Assembly: GCA_965207445.1 (NCBI GenBank)
Contig: CBDBLX010000002.1
Coordinates: forward strand, 448,001 to 512,000
Length of the DNA stretch: 64,000 nt
Direction of reading: 5' to 3'
Source: Nitrosopumilus sp.
Lineage (GTDB): Archaea > Thermoproteota > Nitrososphaeria > Nitrososphaerales > Nitrosopumilaceae
The position numbers and the translations under genes are program-made. Below are positions 31,466 through 42,132 of the stretch, in pieces. A model generated the notes under the pieces. It had not been told where the DNA came from and made no database searches. It was given only the letters and a program-made list of their open reading frames with translations. Each line of letters opens with the position of its first letter. The first letter of the stretch is position 1.

Positions 31466-31571
31466 ACATGTGGATAAAACCAACCCTGTGAGGTTTACAT
31501 CTTGGTGCAATGACAACAAGTATAGTAGAAACTGCAACATGTGGATAAAACCAACCCTGTGAGGTTTACAT
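31466..31571. repeat. Two perfect 35-bp direct repeats separated by a 36-bp spacer
   Basis: ACATGTGGATAAAACCAACCCTGTGAGGTTTACAT at 31466-31500 and 31537-31571. Confidence 0.9.
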
Positions 31572-31582
31572 GTGTTATAGAT

Positions 31583-32230
31583 TCATGCTGAAAAGAGTCG
31601 CAACAATTCTATATTTGGATCTTTGTCTTGAGCTTTCCATGTCATCAGAACGCTTGCAATGACACAGTATCTTTTGGCCCCCTCCATCCCCCAAAACCAA
31701 AAACTTGAATTCCGTTTGAGTACAAATGGACGTATTCCTCGCTCTGCTATGTTATTTGTAAGTGACATCTCGGGGTATTGTACTGCAGTAAACAAGTGAT
31801 CGGAGCAGTTGAATAAATATCTGCCAGATTTAGCTCCACGGTCTAGTAATTGTTCACCGATAGTTTTCACAAGTTTGATGAGTCTGTTTATTTTAGTTGT
31901 GGGTGTGTCTGGTGGCAGTGTTTTTGTGTAGTGGTATATGGCCATAACTATTCCATACAGGTATGTTGCAGTCGGATCCTTTATCTTTACAGTGTTGTTT
32001 TTAATCTTGGTCTTTACATGCGCCCAGCATAATTGATACGTATCAAAGCAATTGTATGATGGTGCTGCATCACGTGTCACTTTCAAGTTGGGATACGGAT
32101 TGGCTTGTTTTACATCATCCATTGAGCGGGATGATGGGGCTTGATATTGAATCCATATTTTGTCGCCGATTGTAATTCCTAGCCTGCCACTCTTTTTGCC
32201 AATCTTTACTGGTGTGTCATCAATATTTTC
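31583..32230 (-). pseudogene. IS66-family transposase (TnpC-like) C-terminal fragment
   Basis: DDTP, YQLCWAHV, TNNIAERGIRPFVLKR motifs; 5' part replaced by a MITE. Confidence 0.75.
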
Positions 32231-32378
32231 GTATGAACCAATCTCCATGACTGATATGATCATTCAAAAATAACTCCTAGCCAAATGTATCGCATGCACG
32301 ATACTCGATATACGGACAGGAATATAACCAAATACAGGTATGTATTTCATTATTGTGTCCAATGAGCTTGGTTCACAC
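32231..32378 (+). mobile_element. ~148-bp MITE, copy 3
   Basis: GTATGAACCAA / TTGGTTCACAC ends; strong similarity to copy 2; no clean TSD. Confidence 0.8.
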
Positions 32379-32548
32379 GCTATTTTCAATACCAAACCTT
32401 TTCCCAATTCCTTCTTTCTGGGTACAACAGTCCACACACCTCGCCCATTCTCTAATATTATGTGGCTACCACTTTGACGTGTAGGGTAAAACCCCATCTT
32501 TTTTAATGCCTTGAGAACATCACGGTATCCAACAATGGGCAGGCTCAT
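32379..32548 (-). pseudogene. hicA: HicA toxin truncated by a MITE
   Basis: MGFYPTRQSGSHIIL...VVP...KGLVLKIA, then frame runs into MITE sequence. Confidence 0.75.
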
Positions 32549-32763
32549 ATCGACACAGTTATCAGATCCAATTCTGGATCATTTTTTTTGTTTTCTATAT
32601 GTTCTATACATAACATTATAGACTTTTTAGTATCTTCAATCGCCTCATCTCTAGTATTTCCTTGTCCATTGGCTTGTGGAATTTCTATACAGTAACCTAG
32701 ATAGAATTTATCATCTTTTTTAATTACAATACTGTAATTATTTTTTCTCAACATGTAGGTCAC
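32545..32763 (-). CDS. hicB: HicB-family antitoxin
   Basis: YLGYCIEIPQANGQGNTRDEAIEDTKKSI. Confidence 0.8.
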   Translation of the reverse strand: MTYMLRKNNYSIVIKKDDKFYLGYCIEIPQANGQGNTRDEAIEDTKKSIMLCIEHIENKKNDPELDLITVSI

Positions 32764-33062
32764 TATAACATTCTAGCATATAAAACATCATATCGCAATT
32801 ATTAATGTGTGTAAATAATATGTAAAAAATTTGTATGAATATCATGAAATAAAGTAAACGTGTGTATCTTGATAGACAACATTGTCACATCACAAGAGCT
32901 GAATGCAATTCCTCCAATACTGTTTCATGTCTATCTCCACACGTTTGATAAAATTTTATTCTGCCGCCCATCTGATTGAATGGAACATAATCGAGATCAT
33001 CAAGAGTTATTGAAACAGATGATCCTATATGTACTTTTATCTTTATAAGCCAGTAACCGTTC

Positions 33063-33143
33063 GTAACCGTTCAACATCTTCCCAAATTCATGCATAGATT
33101 CGCCGCCTAACGACTGGCGCAGACGCAGGGGTTGAACGGTTAT
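33063..33143. mobile_element. ~80-bp inverted-repeat-bounded element, possibly an IS66-end remnant
   Basis: GTAACCGTTCAAC ... GTTGAACGGTTAT; left end duplicated in tandem (GTAACCGTTC x2). Confidence 0.45.
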
Positions 33144-33541
33144 GTTAAAATTTACATGACTCACAATTCAGATTATCATACCTGCCACTTTACATCTAGA
33201 TATAATTAATTCTGGATTATCCTCTGTGATATCATTAATTGACCAGTGCAGGCGGGGCCTGTTTATGATCATCAATAATTGGACCTGAAAGCTTATGGAA
33301 TTAGGACAGTTTAATCAACGATACTTTTATACCCTATATTCCTACATTAAACAGGGACGAACTCACATGGCCAAAAAAATAACCAAAGAAGAGAAAGAAA
33401 AAATAATAGATGATCTTTTAAGCAAGCACTATAAGGTATACGATCGGCTGGCAGAACTGTAGATGTACTACCCCGCAATTCAGGACGTCAAACTTGTTAT
33501 TGAAAAGATAAACCGACGTTACAACATGAACGCTGTATAGT

Positions 33542-34399
33542 ATGTTTTTTAAAGAACGTGAAAAAGCCATTGAAAATTTTCAAAAATGCATAGAATTAGG
33601 CGAACAACCTCGGGCAGCAAGCGATCTGATCGCATATGAACTATTTCTACTACACAAGTATGAACAGGCGATAAAACAATGTGACAAAAACATACAACGT
33701 AATGAGAAAAATCCTACGCCCTATTGGATCAAGGGGGCATGTTTGACAGAAAAAGGTAGTTTAAACGAGGCAGAAAAGACTATGAAAGAGGCGCTGAATT
33801 TAGATCCTGACGACCCCGTGAATTCATCAGGTTTGGGAGTCATATTGTCAAGAAAAGGTGATGATGAGGAGGCGATAAAATATCACAAACGCGCCGTGTC
33901 TGTCGAACCGGAGTCAGTCGCATTCAGATTTAATTTAGCAAGAGCATGTTTTAAAATGAACCAAATGGACGAAGCCGAAGAGAACTATAAAGTAATTTTA
34001 GAAATAGATGAAAAGCATGTCGAGGCACTAAATGATTATGGAGAGTTGCTTTCAAACAAGGGAAAATATGGCAAAGCATTGGAATGTCTGAATAAGGTGC
34101 TTGATATAGAACCAATGCACGAGGCAGCACTGACAAATACCGGAATCCTGTATGTCGAAATTGGTGACTATGAAAATGCAATGAAATGCGCCGACAAAGC
34201 CATACGACTATATCCAAAAAAGACGCGTGTGTTGTATGACAAAGCTGTGATTTTAATGAAACAAAACAGGATTGACGACACACTGGACTGGATTGAAAAA
34301 ACGGTCAGGGTGGATAATGATGCAAAGAAAATGTTCTTAGAAGATCCTACGTTTGAAAGGATTAAAAACTCAGAATTGTTCAAAAAATTAACAGAGTAG
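33542..34399 (+). CDS. Tetratricopeptide repeat protein
   Basis: Several 34-aa TPR units (e.g. ALNDYGELLSNKGKYGKALECLNKVLDIEP). Confidence 0.9.
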   Translation: MFFKEREKAIENFQKCIELGEQPRAASDLIAYELFLLHKYEQAIKQCDKNIQRNEKNPTPYWIKGACLTEKGSLNEAEKTMKEALNLDPDDPVNSSGLGVILSRKGDDEEAIKYHKRAVSVEPESVAFRFNLARACFKMNQMDEAEENYKVILEIDEKHVEALNDYGELLSNKGKYGKALECLNKVLDIEPMHEAALTNTGILYVEIGDYENAMKCADKAIRLYPKKTRVLYDKAVILMKQNRIDDTLDWIEKTVRVDNDAKKMFLEDPTFERIKNSELFKKLTE

Positions 34400-34759
34400 C
34401 GCTTTTGCAGGATTCAAGGAAATGTTCTTTGTCACTCTATCCTAATAAATATATATATACATATATTTATCTGATTTTGGAAGTTTTAATATTTACGTAA
34501 TTTACCAGATCATTTAGTTACTAATTCAGGTGTGATATTTTCTGATTGTCGTTCTCCGGCTTTATTATGCATGACATCTAATTATTGAATATTTTTGCGC
34601 AGAGATATCTGTTAAAACTCTCTTGTGTGAGTTTTTTGTCGTGCCAGAATTTATGAGCATTGCTATAATCATATTGGCATTGAGAGTTGAGCAGTTACTT
34701 GTACAACACAATATGGAAAAATAAAGCGTTAAATACACTACATGTTGAATAATCTCTAA

Positions 34760-36043
34760 ATGAAATATCTAAAAAACTCAGCATTGATGTTTGCAATGGT
34801 TCTATCAGTTGCTGTTCTTTATACCGGTGGTGTGTCAACAGCACCTGGTAATAATTCTATGATTATACCTGACGTATTTGCTCAGACTTTGAATAATGAG
34901 ATTAAAATAGCATTTTTGAGTGACTTTGGACACGTTGATGCATTCAACTATGCTGTTGATAGTTTTAACCATGAACAGTCTACTATAACTAGTTCAAATT
35001 ATCAAATTACTAGTATGGTTGCAACTGTAAATAGCCGTACAGTTGTCTCTGAGATACAGCGACTAGAGGCAGCTGGGTATACGTACTTTGTAGGACCACT
35101 TACTAGCAGTGCTTCTAATGAGGCAAGACAATATGCCGATACAAAGTCAGATATGGTTTTACTCTCACCTTCATCAACTGCTGCATCTCTGGCTATTCCA
35201 AACGATAGTCTGTTTAGATTGGTACCAAGTGATGACAAACAAGTTCCAATTATCATGAACCGTATTCAAGATGATGGTAAAGAGCATGTTGTACTAGTGT
35301 ATAGAAATGATACGTGGGGAACAGGTATTCGAGATAATATTATACGCGACTATTCTGAAATGGTCTCACTAGATATCTTGTTGCATCCTGATGGTTTAAA
35401 CTCTGCTAGTGTTGCATCCCAAGCTACGGCCAAAGTTCAAGAACTAGTAACAGCATATGGCTCTGAGACTGTTGCAGTTGTATTGGTCTCATTTGAAACT
35501 GACACTATTGCTCTGATTGAGCACATTACATCTAATCAACAATACACTAACACACTTGATGATGTGATATGGTATGGTGCAGACGGCATTTCGCAAAATT
35601 CGGCTGTTGCAAGCAATACTCGAGTTGCATCCTTTCTTGTCTCAGTTGGCTTGACTGCCTCGCAATTTGGGACGGCACCAAATGCAATAAACCAAGTTAT
35701 CTCTGCACAAAACTTTGCTGATGGCGGCTATTCATTTGCCAATGGTGTATTTGATGCTGTATTTTTACTTGCTGATACTATAATCATAAAAGATGAGGCG
35801 TCTACTCGTAATGAGGTATACACCATAAAGTCATTATTACCTGATGTGGCTGCAGGGCTACAAACTCATGACCACCACCCTAATGATAGAACAATTGGCA
35901 TTGGTGCACTAGGTGAATTTACTCTAAATAGTGCAGGTGATCTAGCATCTCCTATCTTGTTTGTACCTTATGAGATGTATCAAAAATCAGACGGTACATA
36001 TAACTGGCGCGTAGTATCAGATATGGTCAAAGTCTGCCGCTAA
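34760..36043 (+). CDS. Orphan LivJ-type ABC substrate-binding protein
   Basis: Signal peptide; VGPLTS, LLSPSSTA, FRLVPSD, WYGADG motifs shared with the 57609 protein. Confidence 0.75.
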   Translation: MKYLKNSALMFAMVLSVAVLYTGGVSTAPGNNSMIIPDVFAQTLNNEIKIAFLSDFGHVDAFNYAVDSFNHEQSTITSSNYQITSMVATVNSRTVVSEIQRLEAAGYTYFVGPLTSSASNEARQYADTKSDMVLLSPSSTAASLAIPNDSLFRLVPSDDKQVPIIMNRIQDDGKEHVVLVYRNDTWGTGIRDNIIRDYSEMVSLDILLHPDGLNSASVASQATAKVQELVTAYGSETVAVVLVSFETDTIALIEHITSNQQYTNTLDDVIWYGADGISQNSAVASNTRVASFLVSVGLTASQFGTAPNAINQVISAQNFADGGYSFANGVFDAVFLLADTIIIKDEASTRNEVYTIKSLLPDVAAGLQTHDHHPNDRTIGIGALGEFTLNSAGDLASPILFVPYEMYQKSDGTYNWRVVSDMVKVCR

Positions 36044-36184
36044 ATATATCTTGTAAAATTTAGTTTTCTGTATATTTTCTCCGTTCACACATATTTTTCT
36101 ATCGTACTAACAATGGCATCACTAGAAGAATAATTTGCATTGGTGTATTTTTTTTTAATATGACTTGTTGTCGTTGTCGTTGTT

Positions 36185-39103
36185 TCAAGCATCCTTAACA
36201 TCTTGTAAATTTTCACTCTCTTGATTTGCTGATCTGAGTAGCATTAATTTCTCTTTAATTTTATCCACAATACTTGTATCTTTTTTATAGGCTGGTTTAT
36301 TATCTTTTAACAAATCGTCTATGAATTTTTTATAGTCTTGTTTCCACCCTAACACCTTTTGAAGATCTTCTTCAAACTTCGAATATACATTCCTCTTGGT
36401 CTTTGATATGACATATTCTATCTTACCTGTATTTATCGAACCTGTCACAGATGGATATATAATATATGTCTCAATTACATCTTCTGGTATGTTTTCTGCA
36501 CGTGATAACATCCTTTTGTATGCTGTAACTTGTTTGTTATGGCTAGTAGTTTTGTTTGAATCTTTCTTTGAGCTGGTTTTATAATCTATGATTACATATC
36601 CTGCATCGTGCTTGAAGACTGCATCGATCTTTCCTACAAATACTAGTTCTTCTATATCTCCTCCTCCTACTGTGTCATACTCTGTCATCTCTTTGATTGG
36701 AACATCATATTTCTTCTCTAATGCATGTATTTGCCATCCTGGATATTTTGCTCCTATCTCATCTAGTGCAGATTGGGCATTCTTTATTGCAATTTCGAGT
36801 TTCTCTTTAAAAGATATCCGCCGGTTATCTCCTCCTTGAGCGTCGCCCTCATAATTATCTCCAATATTATCATAATCTTGTATTGTAATATTTTGTGCAT
36901 TGGCATCTCCTTTTAGTATCTTGTGTATTTTATCGTGAAATATGGTGCCAAAATCTGAACTACTCTTTGCAGTATATGTATTGACACCAATTATGTTGTT
37001 TTGCATAAAATCCGGCGGCGATGTGTTGATCTTAGAGTATGATATGCGATCCATCTCCTTAAAGTAATCTGCAATTTTATTCTCTATCCATACACCCTCG
37101 ACACTTTTCTTTAACATTCCTTGCGACTCTTTTACTCTTCCTTGCACAAATAGTGAATAGGCTTCTGCAAGCATGTTGTCTGTACTATTTGTAGTTGACA
37201 TGTACACCTCTGGGTCTTTGTCAGCATCATCATGCACAACATTTACTATGTTTTCATCATCATCATCATCATCATTTATGATAAATTCTTTAATGTTTCT
37301 ACGATCTGTTATTACCACAAGCTCATTTTTTGCCCTTGTTAGTGCAACAAAGTGCTGTCTCATGTATTCTTGTTTTATCTCATCTTGCACATTAATTTCT
37401 AGAGACTGCAATATGGTTCTCTTCACTTTATCATAAATGCTAGTCTTTGTTACATTTTTTGGTATATATATGACCATGCCAAACTCTCGCCCCTTTGCCT
37501 TGTGTATACTACTGACTGTTATCTTTTTGTCCTTGTAATCATCATTACTTTTATTTTTGGACCTGGGTTCTACTTGTGGCTCTTCACAGATTGCAAGATA
37601 ATCAAACATCTCATCAAGCACTGGGGTATTCTTATCCAAATAATCCTCCATATTCTCCTTTATTGACACTGCTGCAACAAACCACTCTTCGCCTTTTGAT
37701 ATGCAGATTGGCAGTATCACACTTTTGAACAGCATATCCAAATCGCTGAACTTTAGATCAACGTCCCATGACTCTAATTCTTTGAGTTTATTATTATTAT
37801 CCTGTTCTGATCTTTTCTGTTGTGCAGTAGAGAACGCATCTGCCTCCCTTAATGTGTATGGTGAGAATATGGTCCATGCTGCACGAATTTTTTTATCCAT
37901 ATCATCATATAATAATCCCGCAAGAAATTTTATAATCTCAATTTTTGCGACAACCGTATCCTTTTTTGCTGATGTTGATGTGTGTTTTATGTCGTGTTTG
38001 TCAAAATATCTTGAAATTTCTGAAACCTGCTCATTTGTTCTTGCTAGTACGCCAATATCTTTTTCTGGACTATCTTTTATTGTTTGCAGTATATTTGAGA
38101 GCCAATTATTTGTTTTCAATATGATTGGCTTGTTTCCTGACCCTCGTGTTGATTTGAGGTTTAGCAAATTACTCTTTTCTGCCTCATCGATCTCGACGCC
38201 TCTCAGGTAGTGTTGTTTTGCATACTCGAGAATCTCACTTGTACTACGCCAATTCTCCAAAAGTTCCATACTTTTACATCTCTCTCTAAATCTTTCCACA
38301 TGTTTGGTAGAGCCTCCTTGGAATCCAAATATTGCTTGTTTCTTGTCACCTACCAAAATTATGTTCTGTGCCACTTTTTTTACAATATTTGACTCCATCT
38401 CATTCATATCTTGCATCTCATCGACTAGTACATACTCGTACTTTTTTTGGCCATATTCATCAAGAAATTTTATTAACATATCTGTATAGTCTATGCTATC
38501 TTTCTTTGTCTTCTCATATTCGTAATATGCATATGTGAGGTATTTTGTAAATGCTTTTAATTCTTCTAGTGTAGACTTTTCTTCTGAACTTGAATATATT
38601 TTTTCTATAACACCTGATACTTTTTTCGCATCTATCATTTCTGGAGTTATGCCAAAACTTTTGATGTATTTTATGGCATTTGCCGTATTTGGTACAACAT
38701 CTGAAATAATATAATTTTTTAAGTGATGTGTGGCGCCATTTTTAGTGAGACTACTAAATATTGAGAATCGTAGTAAATTATCATCATTTATCACTGATGA
38801 GATCAAACCATTGTCTACTAGATACTCGTGTGCGAAACTATGAAATGTGTGTATGTGGATATTTTTTACCTTTGAGTAATGTTTAGAGTCTACATGCTCA
38901 AAAATGGAATCATACATCTCATCTCTTGCCTTTTTTGTAAATGTAATGCACAGGATTTCATCTGGGTTTATGCAGTTTTCTAAGAGTTGTATCACTTTTA
39001 ATGCTAGTGTGGTGGTCTTTCCTGTTCCTGGATTTGCCGTCACGATGGACTCTTTGTCTGTTTCAATTATCTGTAATTGCTCTGGTGTTGGGTCTATTGT
39101 CAT
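36185..39103 (-). CDS. UvrD/REP helicase with C-terminal PD-(D/E)XK nuclease domain
   Basis: PGTGKT, VDEMQD, HKAKGREF, VALTRAK; GKIDAV...IIDYKT. Confidence 0.9.
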   Translation of the reverse strand: MTIDPTPEQLQIIETDKESIVTANPGTGKTTTLALKVIQLLENCINPDEILCITFTKKARDEMYDSIFEHVDSKHYSKVKNIHIHTFHSFAHEYLVDNGLISSVINDDNLLRFSIFSSLTKNGATHHLKNYIISDVVPNTANAIKYIKSFGITPEMIDAKKVSGVIEKIYSSSEEKSTLEELKAFTKYLTYAYYEYEKTKKDSIDYTDMLIKFLDEYGQKKYEYVLVDEMQDMNEMESNIVKKVAQNIILVGDKKQAIFGFQGGSTKHVERFRERCKSMELLENWRSTSEILEYAKQHYLRGVEIDEAEKSNLLNLKSTRGSGNKPIILKTNNWLSNILQTIKDSPEKDIGVLARTNEQVSEISRYFDKHDIKHTSTSAKKDTVVAKIEIIKFLAGLLYDDMDKKIRAAWTIFSPYTLREADAFSTAQQKRSEQDNNNKLKELESWDVDLKFSDLDMLFKSVILPICISKGEEWFVAAVSIKENMEDYLDKNTPVLDEMFDYLAICEEPQVEPRSKNKSNDDYKDKKITVSSIHKAKGREFGMVIYIPKNVTKTSIYDKVKRTILQSLEINVQDEIKQEYMRQHFVALTRAKNELVVITDRRNIKEFIINDDDDDDENIVNVVHDDADKDPEVYMSTTNSTDNMLAEAYSLFVQGRVKESQGMLKKSVEGVWIENKIADYFKEMDRISYSKINTSPPDFMQNNIIGVNTYTAKSSSDFGTIFHDKIHKILKGDANAQNITIQDYDNIGDNYEGDAQGGDNRRISFKEKLEIAIKNAQSALDEIGAKYPGWQIHALEKKYDVPIKEMTEYDTVGGGDIEELVFVGKIDAVFKHDAGYVIIDYKTSSKKDSNKTTSHNKQVTAYKRMLSRAENIPEDVIETYIIYPSVTGSINTGKIEYVISKTKRNVYSKFEEDLQKVLGWKQDYKKFIDDLLKDNKPAYKKDTSIVDKIKEKLMLLRSANQESENLQDVKDA

Positions 39104-39219
39104 TATAATTTCTCATTGCATTTTACCTTGAATATATGTTGTCAACATGTGATGTTTCATTTATTTTAAAATATACTTTTAATTAATAATGTATTATATG
39201 TGTGGAAATTTATTTTAAT

Positions 39220-39741
39220 TTATTGAATTTTACAACAACTCTTTGCCTGTAGTCCGCGTGATATCCACCATATTGAGAATATTAGCACACCTGCTGATAT
39301 TGCTTTTAGTTCCAAACCTTGCATTGGAAATATTGATAATCCGCCTACTGCACCAAGTATGACTGCAAGTGGTGCTGTGCATGCTGGACATCCTGGTGTA
39401 AATGCCGCAAAGACGCCACCTAGTATAGGTAGTGTATTTTTAGATGGTGTATTTGGTTTTTTTACCTGCAAGTTTGACATCATCTTTACCATTTTAATCT
39501 TGTATGCCATCATGGCAAAATTTACTCCTGCAAGTCCAGATATTCCTATGGTGAGTGCTATTGATATTGTCGTGTATGCTGGTATCGTTTTCATTATGGT
39601 ATCTAGATGTATGGGAAGCATTACCATTGTGAGTGTATAGTATATGATGCCAAGTCCAATACCACTTGTAATTGCTATTGTGGCGTATCGTTTTGTAAAT
39701 AATATTTGAGATATGACCTGAGATTTGGTCTGTGTTGACAT
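39220..39741 (-). CDS. Membrane protein with CPAC motif (possible metal transport)
   Basis: Four TM segments, GCPAC, terminal CC. Confidence 0.65.
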   Translation of the reverse strand: MSTQTKSQVISQILFTKRYATIAITSGIGLGIIYYTLTMVMLPIHLDTIMKTIPAYTTISIALTIGISGLAGVNFAMMAYKIKMVKMMSNLQVKKPNTPSKNTLPILGGVFAAFTPGCPACTAPLAVILGAVGGLSIFPMQGLELKAISAGVLIFSIWWISRGLQAKSCCKIQ

Positions 39742-39791
39742 TATTCTGTTTATGCTAAATCGTATATTTTACCTTGTTGTTTTGATATTAA

Positions 39792-40706
39792 TTAAAAGCC
39801 ACGTAGTCCTTGTGGACGTGCCACCTCTGGGTGTTGCCGTAACCAATCTATCTGTGAGAGCATGTCGTGCTTTTCGTGTGGAAATGTTCCTTTTATGGTA
39901 TATGCATTTGATCCGTGGTTTGCCCTAAATACGGTGCTACTTCCATCTTGTATCTCTATCTGTTTTACAATATCATACATTTCGTCTAATGACTCATCAT
40001 CATTTATTGTGATAAATGGCTCTGCAAATTTGTCATGAAACTCCTTTCGAATTCCTTCATCAAGGTGCAGTGTTAATGTCCCTATGTAGTGTGGCGCACA
40101 TGCACTTATCACATCTGCTGTACCTTTTGCATGCTCTTTAGAGTACTTTTTACCGCCCAATCCAAGTATTATCATACATGACATTACATACCCTGCGTCT
40201 TTTGCCTTGTTTACTGACTTTATGATGGTCTTTGCAATTGCCCCCTTTGTGACTTTTTTGAGTATTATATCCGAACCACTCTCTATTCCAAGATAAAACA
40301 TATCGAGTCCTGCCTCTCTCATACGTTGTAGGTCCTCTTTACTTTTTTTGAGTATATTCATTGGCATTGCATAACATGAGATTCGCTCTGTATGTGGAAA
40401 TTTTTCTCGTATGTATTGCGTTATTTTCATCATGTATTCTGTATCCAAGTTTAGTGCATCCCCGTCTGCAAGAAAGAATCGTTTAGCGTGTGGTTGATAT
40501 TTTGCCATCATGTCTATCTCATCTTTTATCGTTTGCCATGGTCTCTCTGTGTACTCTTTTGAGCGATACATGTCACAAAACGAACACTCATTAAAAGAGC
40601 ATCCCAGCGTAACTTGAAATATTACTGATTGCGCTTCTGATGGCGGTCTGTACAATGGCATATCATATGTCATCAATTTTATCACTTTCTGACTCTGACT
40701 AGTCAT
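39792..40706 (-). CDS. Radical SAM protein
   Basis: CSFNECSFC cluster motif; YRPPSEA; GIESG. Confidence 0.85.
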   Translation of the reverse strand: MTSQSQKVIKLMTYDMPLYRPPSEAQSVIFQVTLGCSFNECSFCDMYRSKEYTERPWQTIKDEIDMMAKYQPHAKRFFLADGDALNLDTEYMMKITQYIREKFPHTERISCYAMPMNILKKSKEDLQRMREAGLDMFYLGIESGSDIILKKVTKGAIAKTIIKSVNKAKDAGYVMSCMIILGLGGKKYSKEHAKGTADVISACAPHYIGTLTLHLDEGIRKEFHDKFAEPFITINDDESLDEMYDIVKQIEIQDGSSTVFRANHGSNAYTIKGTFPHEKHDMLSQIDWLRQHPEVARPQGLRGF

Positions 40707-40801
40707 TATAATTCTTTATGATTATTAAATTGTTGTGACAAATTCTCACGTTTGTTTCATTTTGGATAAAAGTAATTAACATACATTTTGTACTTTTTCA
40801 C

Positions 40802-41086
40802 ATGGAGCCTCCTTTACTAATTCTATCTATAATATCGCTTGCTAATATTGGCATACTGAGTGCACTTTTGTTTCTGTTTGGCCGCATGTATGCTGCCACA
40901 AAAGCACAACTTCCACTTGGTATGATTGTAGTGGCAATTAGCCTACTTTTACACAACTTTATAGGAGCAGCCGGATTCTTCTCACATGATATGCTTATAT
41001 CTGATTCTATATTTCCGTATATGCTGGGTGTAGGAATTACAGAACTTGTGGGTTTGATAATATTTTTAAAGATTACAGTTGACTAA
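40802..41086 (+). CDS. Small membrane protein
   Basis: Three TM helices. Confidence 0.65.
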   Translation: MEPPLLILSIISLANIGILSALLFLFGRMYAATKAQLPLGMIVVAISLLLHNFIGAAGFFSHDMLISDSIFPYMLGVGITELVGLIIFLKITVD

Positions 41087-41116
41087 AAAAACTTTATTTG
41101 AATGTAATTTTTGTGA

Positions 41117-41581
41117 ATGATGCGTATGCTACGCGATTACATACGGGTAAACATTAGCATGTTTGTTGCATTTGCAGTGGCGTTTCCTGCATCTGCTGTA
41201 GCAGCTGATGTATTATCTGACATGGAGCCTCATTTGAATGCGACATATGCGACCATAATAGATTATGTTGCATATTTGGGGACGTTTGGGTTTATGTTTT
41301 ATGTTACAAACCGACATAGATACAAAACTGATTTACGTTTTGATAACAGTGATGCTACTGGTACGACACGTTCTCGTATGCGATGTGATCTAAAAAAGAT
41401 CATCACATCACTTGGAATAGGTGAGATTGTGTATGGTGTGGTACGATGGGTGATGCAATATTACTTGCTTGAAGTGTGGCAGTATGAGCCTTATGTGTCA
41501 TCTGTGGTGGCTCAATCTGTTGCAGTTGTGATTTATGTAATTGTAATGAATTTTAGCATAAAAGCTACAAAACTCTACTAG
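41117..41581 (+). CDS. Membrane protein (GtrA-like topology)
   Basis: Four hydrophobic segments. Confidence 0.6.
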   Translation: MMRMLRDYIRVNISMFVAFAVAFPASAVAADVLSDMEPHLNATYATIIDYVAYLGTFGFMFYVTNRHRYKTDLRFDNSDATGTTRSRMRCDLKKIITSLGIGEIVYGVVRWVMQYYLLEVWQYEPYVSSVVAQSVAVVIYVIVMNFSIKATKLY

Positions 41582-41646
41582 TACATTGGTTGTTGGGGCC
41601 GGGCTGTAAATAAGATTAAAATTTCTTATCTGTGGTGTAATTAATT

Positions 41647-42126
41647 ATGATTCACATATACACTGATGGTTCTGGGCATCCGAAGAGCGGATTTGGGTGG
41701 TTTGTAAAAGAGACGAACAAATCCCACTATACACGTCTTGATGACCCCGTAACGAATAATCAAGCAGAATACATGGCTATAATTTCTGCACTGCAATATA
41801 TTGTACATGATCTATTAGATTCTGGTATCTTTTCTAATGATGATGATGTACATAATAATGATGGAAGTGATCATGATGATGGAAGTGATCATGATGATGA
41901 TGGAAATGATGATAATAGTAGTAATAATAATAATATAGTTATATGCAGTGACTCTCTGAATACTGTAAAGCAACTAAACCACCAATATGCAATAAATAAC
42001 ACGATATTACGTGAGCTTGCAATGCAAGCTTGGTCTGAGATGGCCAAACTAAATAAAAAATGTAAACTTGAGATTGTATGGATAAAACGGCAAGATAATT
42101 TAGCCGGAAAAATGCTTGGAAGCTAA
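41647..42126 (+). CDS. rnhA: Ribonuclease HI
   Basis: IYTDGS, TNNQAEY, SDS, WIKRQDN; contains Asp/Asn-rich insertion. Confidence 0.85.
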   Translation: MIHIYTDGSGHPKSGFGWFVKETNKSHYTRLDDPVTNNQAEYMAIISALQYIVHDLLDSGIFSNDDDVHNNDGSDHDDGSDHDDDGNDDNSSNNNNIVICSDSLNTVKQLNHQYAINNTILRELAMQAWSEMAKLNKKCKLEIVWIKRQDNLAGKMLGS

Positions 42127-42132
42127 CTTGTA

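Noticed and set aside
33367..33540. Possible antitoxin/Doc-like remnant upstream of the TPR gene
   Set aside because: Fragments too short and no Fic motif visible.
19496..36100. attR duplication of the tRNA-Val 3' end closing the island
   Set aside because: I found no second copy of TTCAAATCCCCGTGGGCCCA by eye, so the right boundary is undefined.
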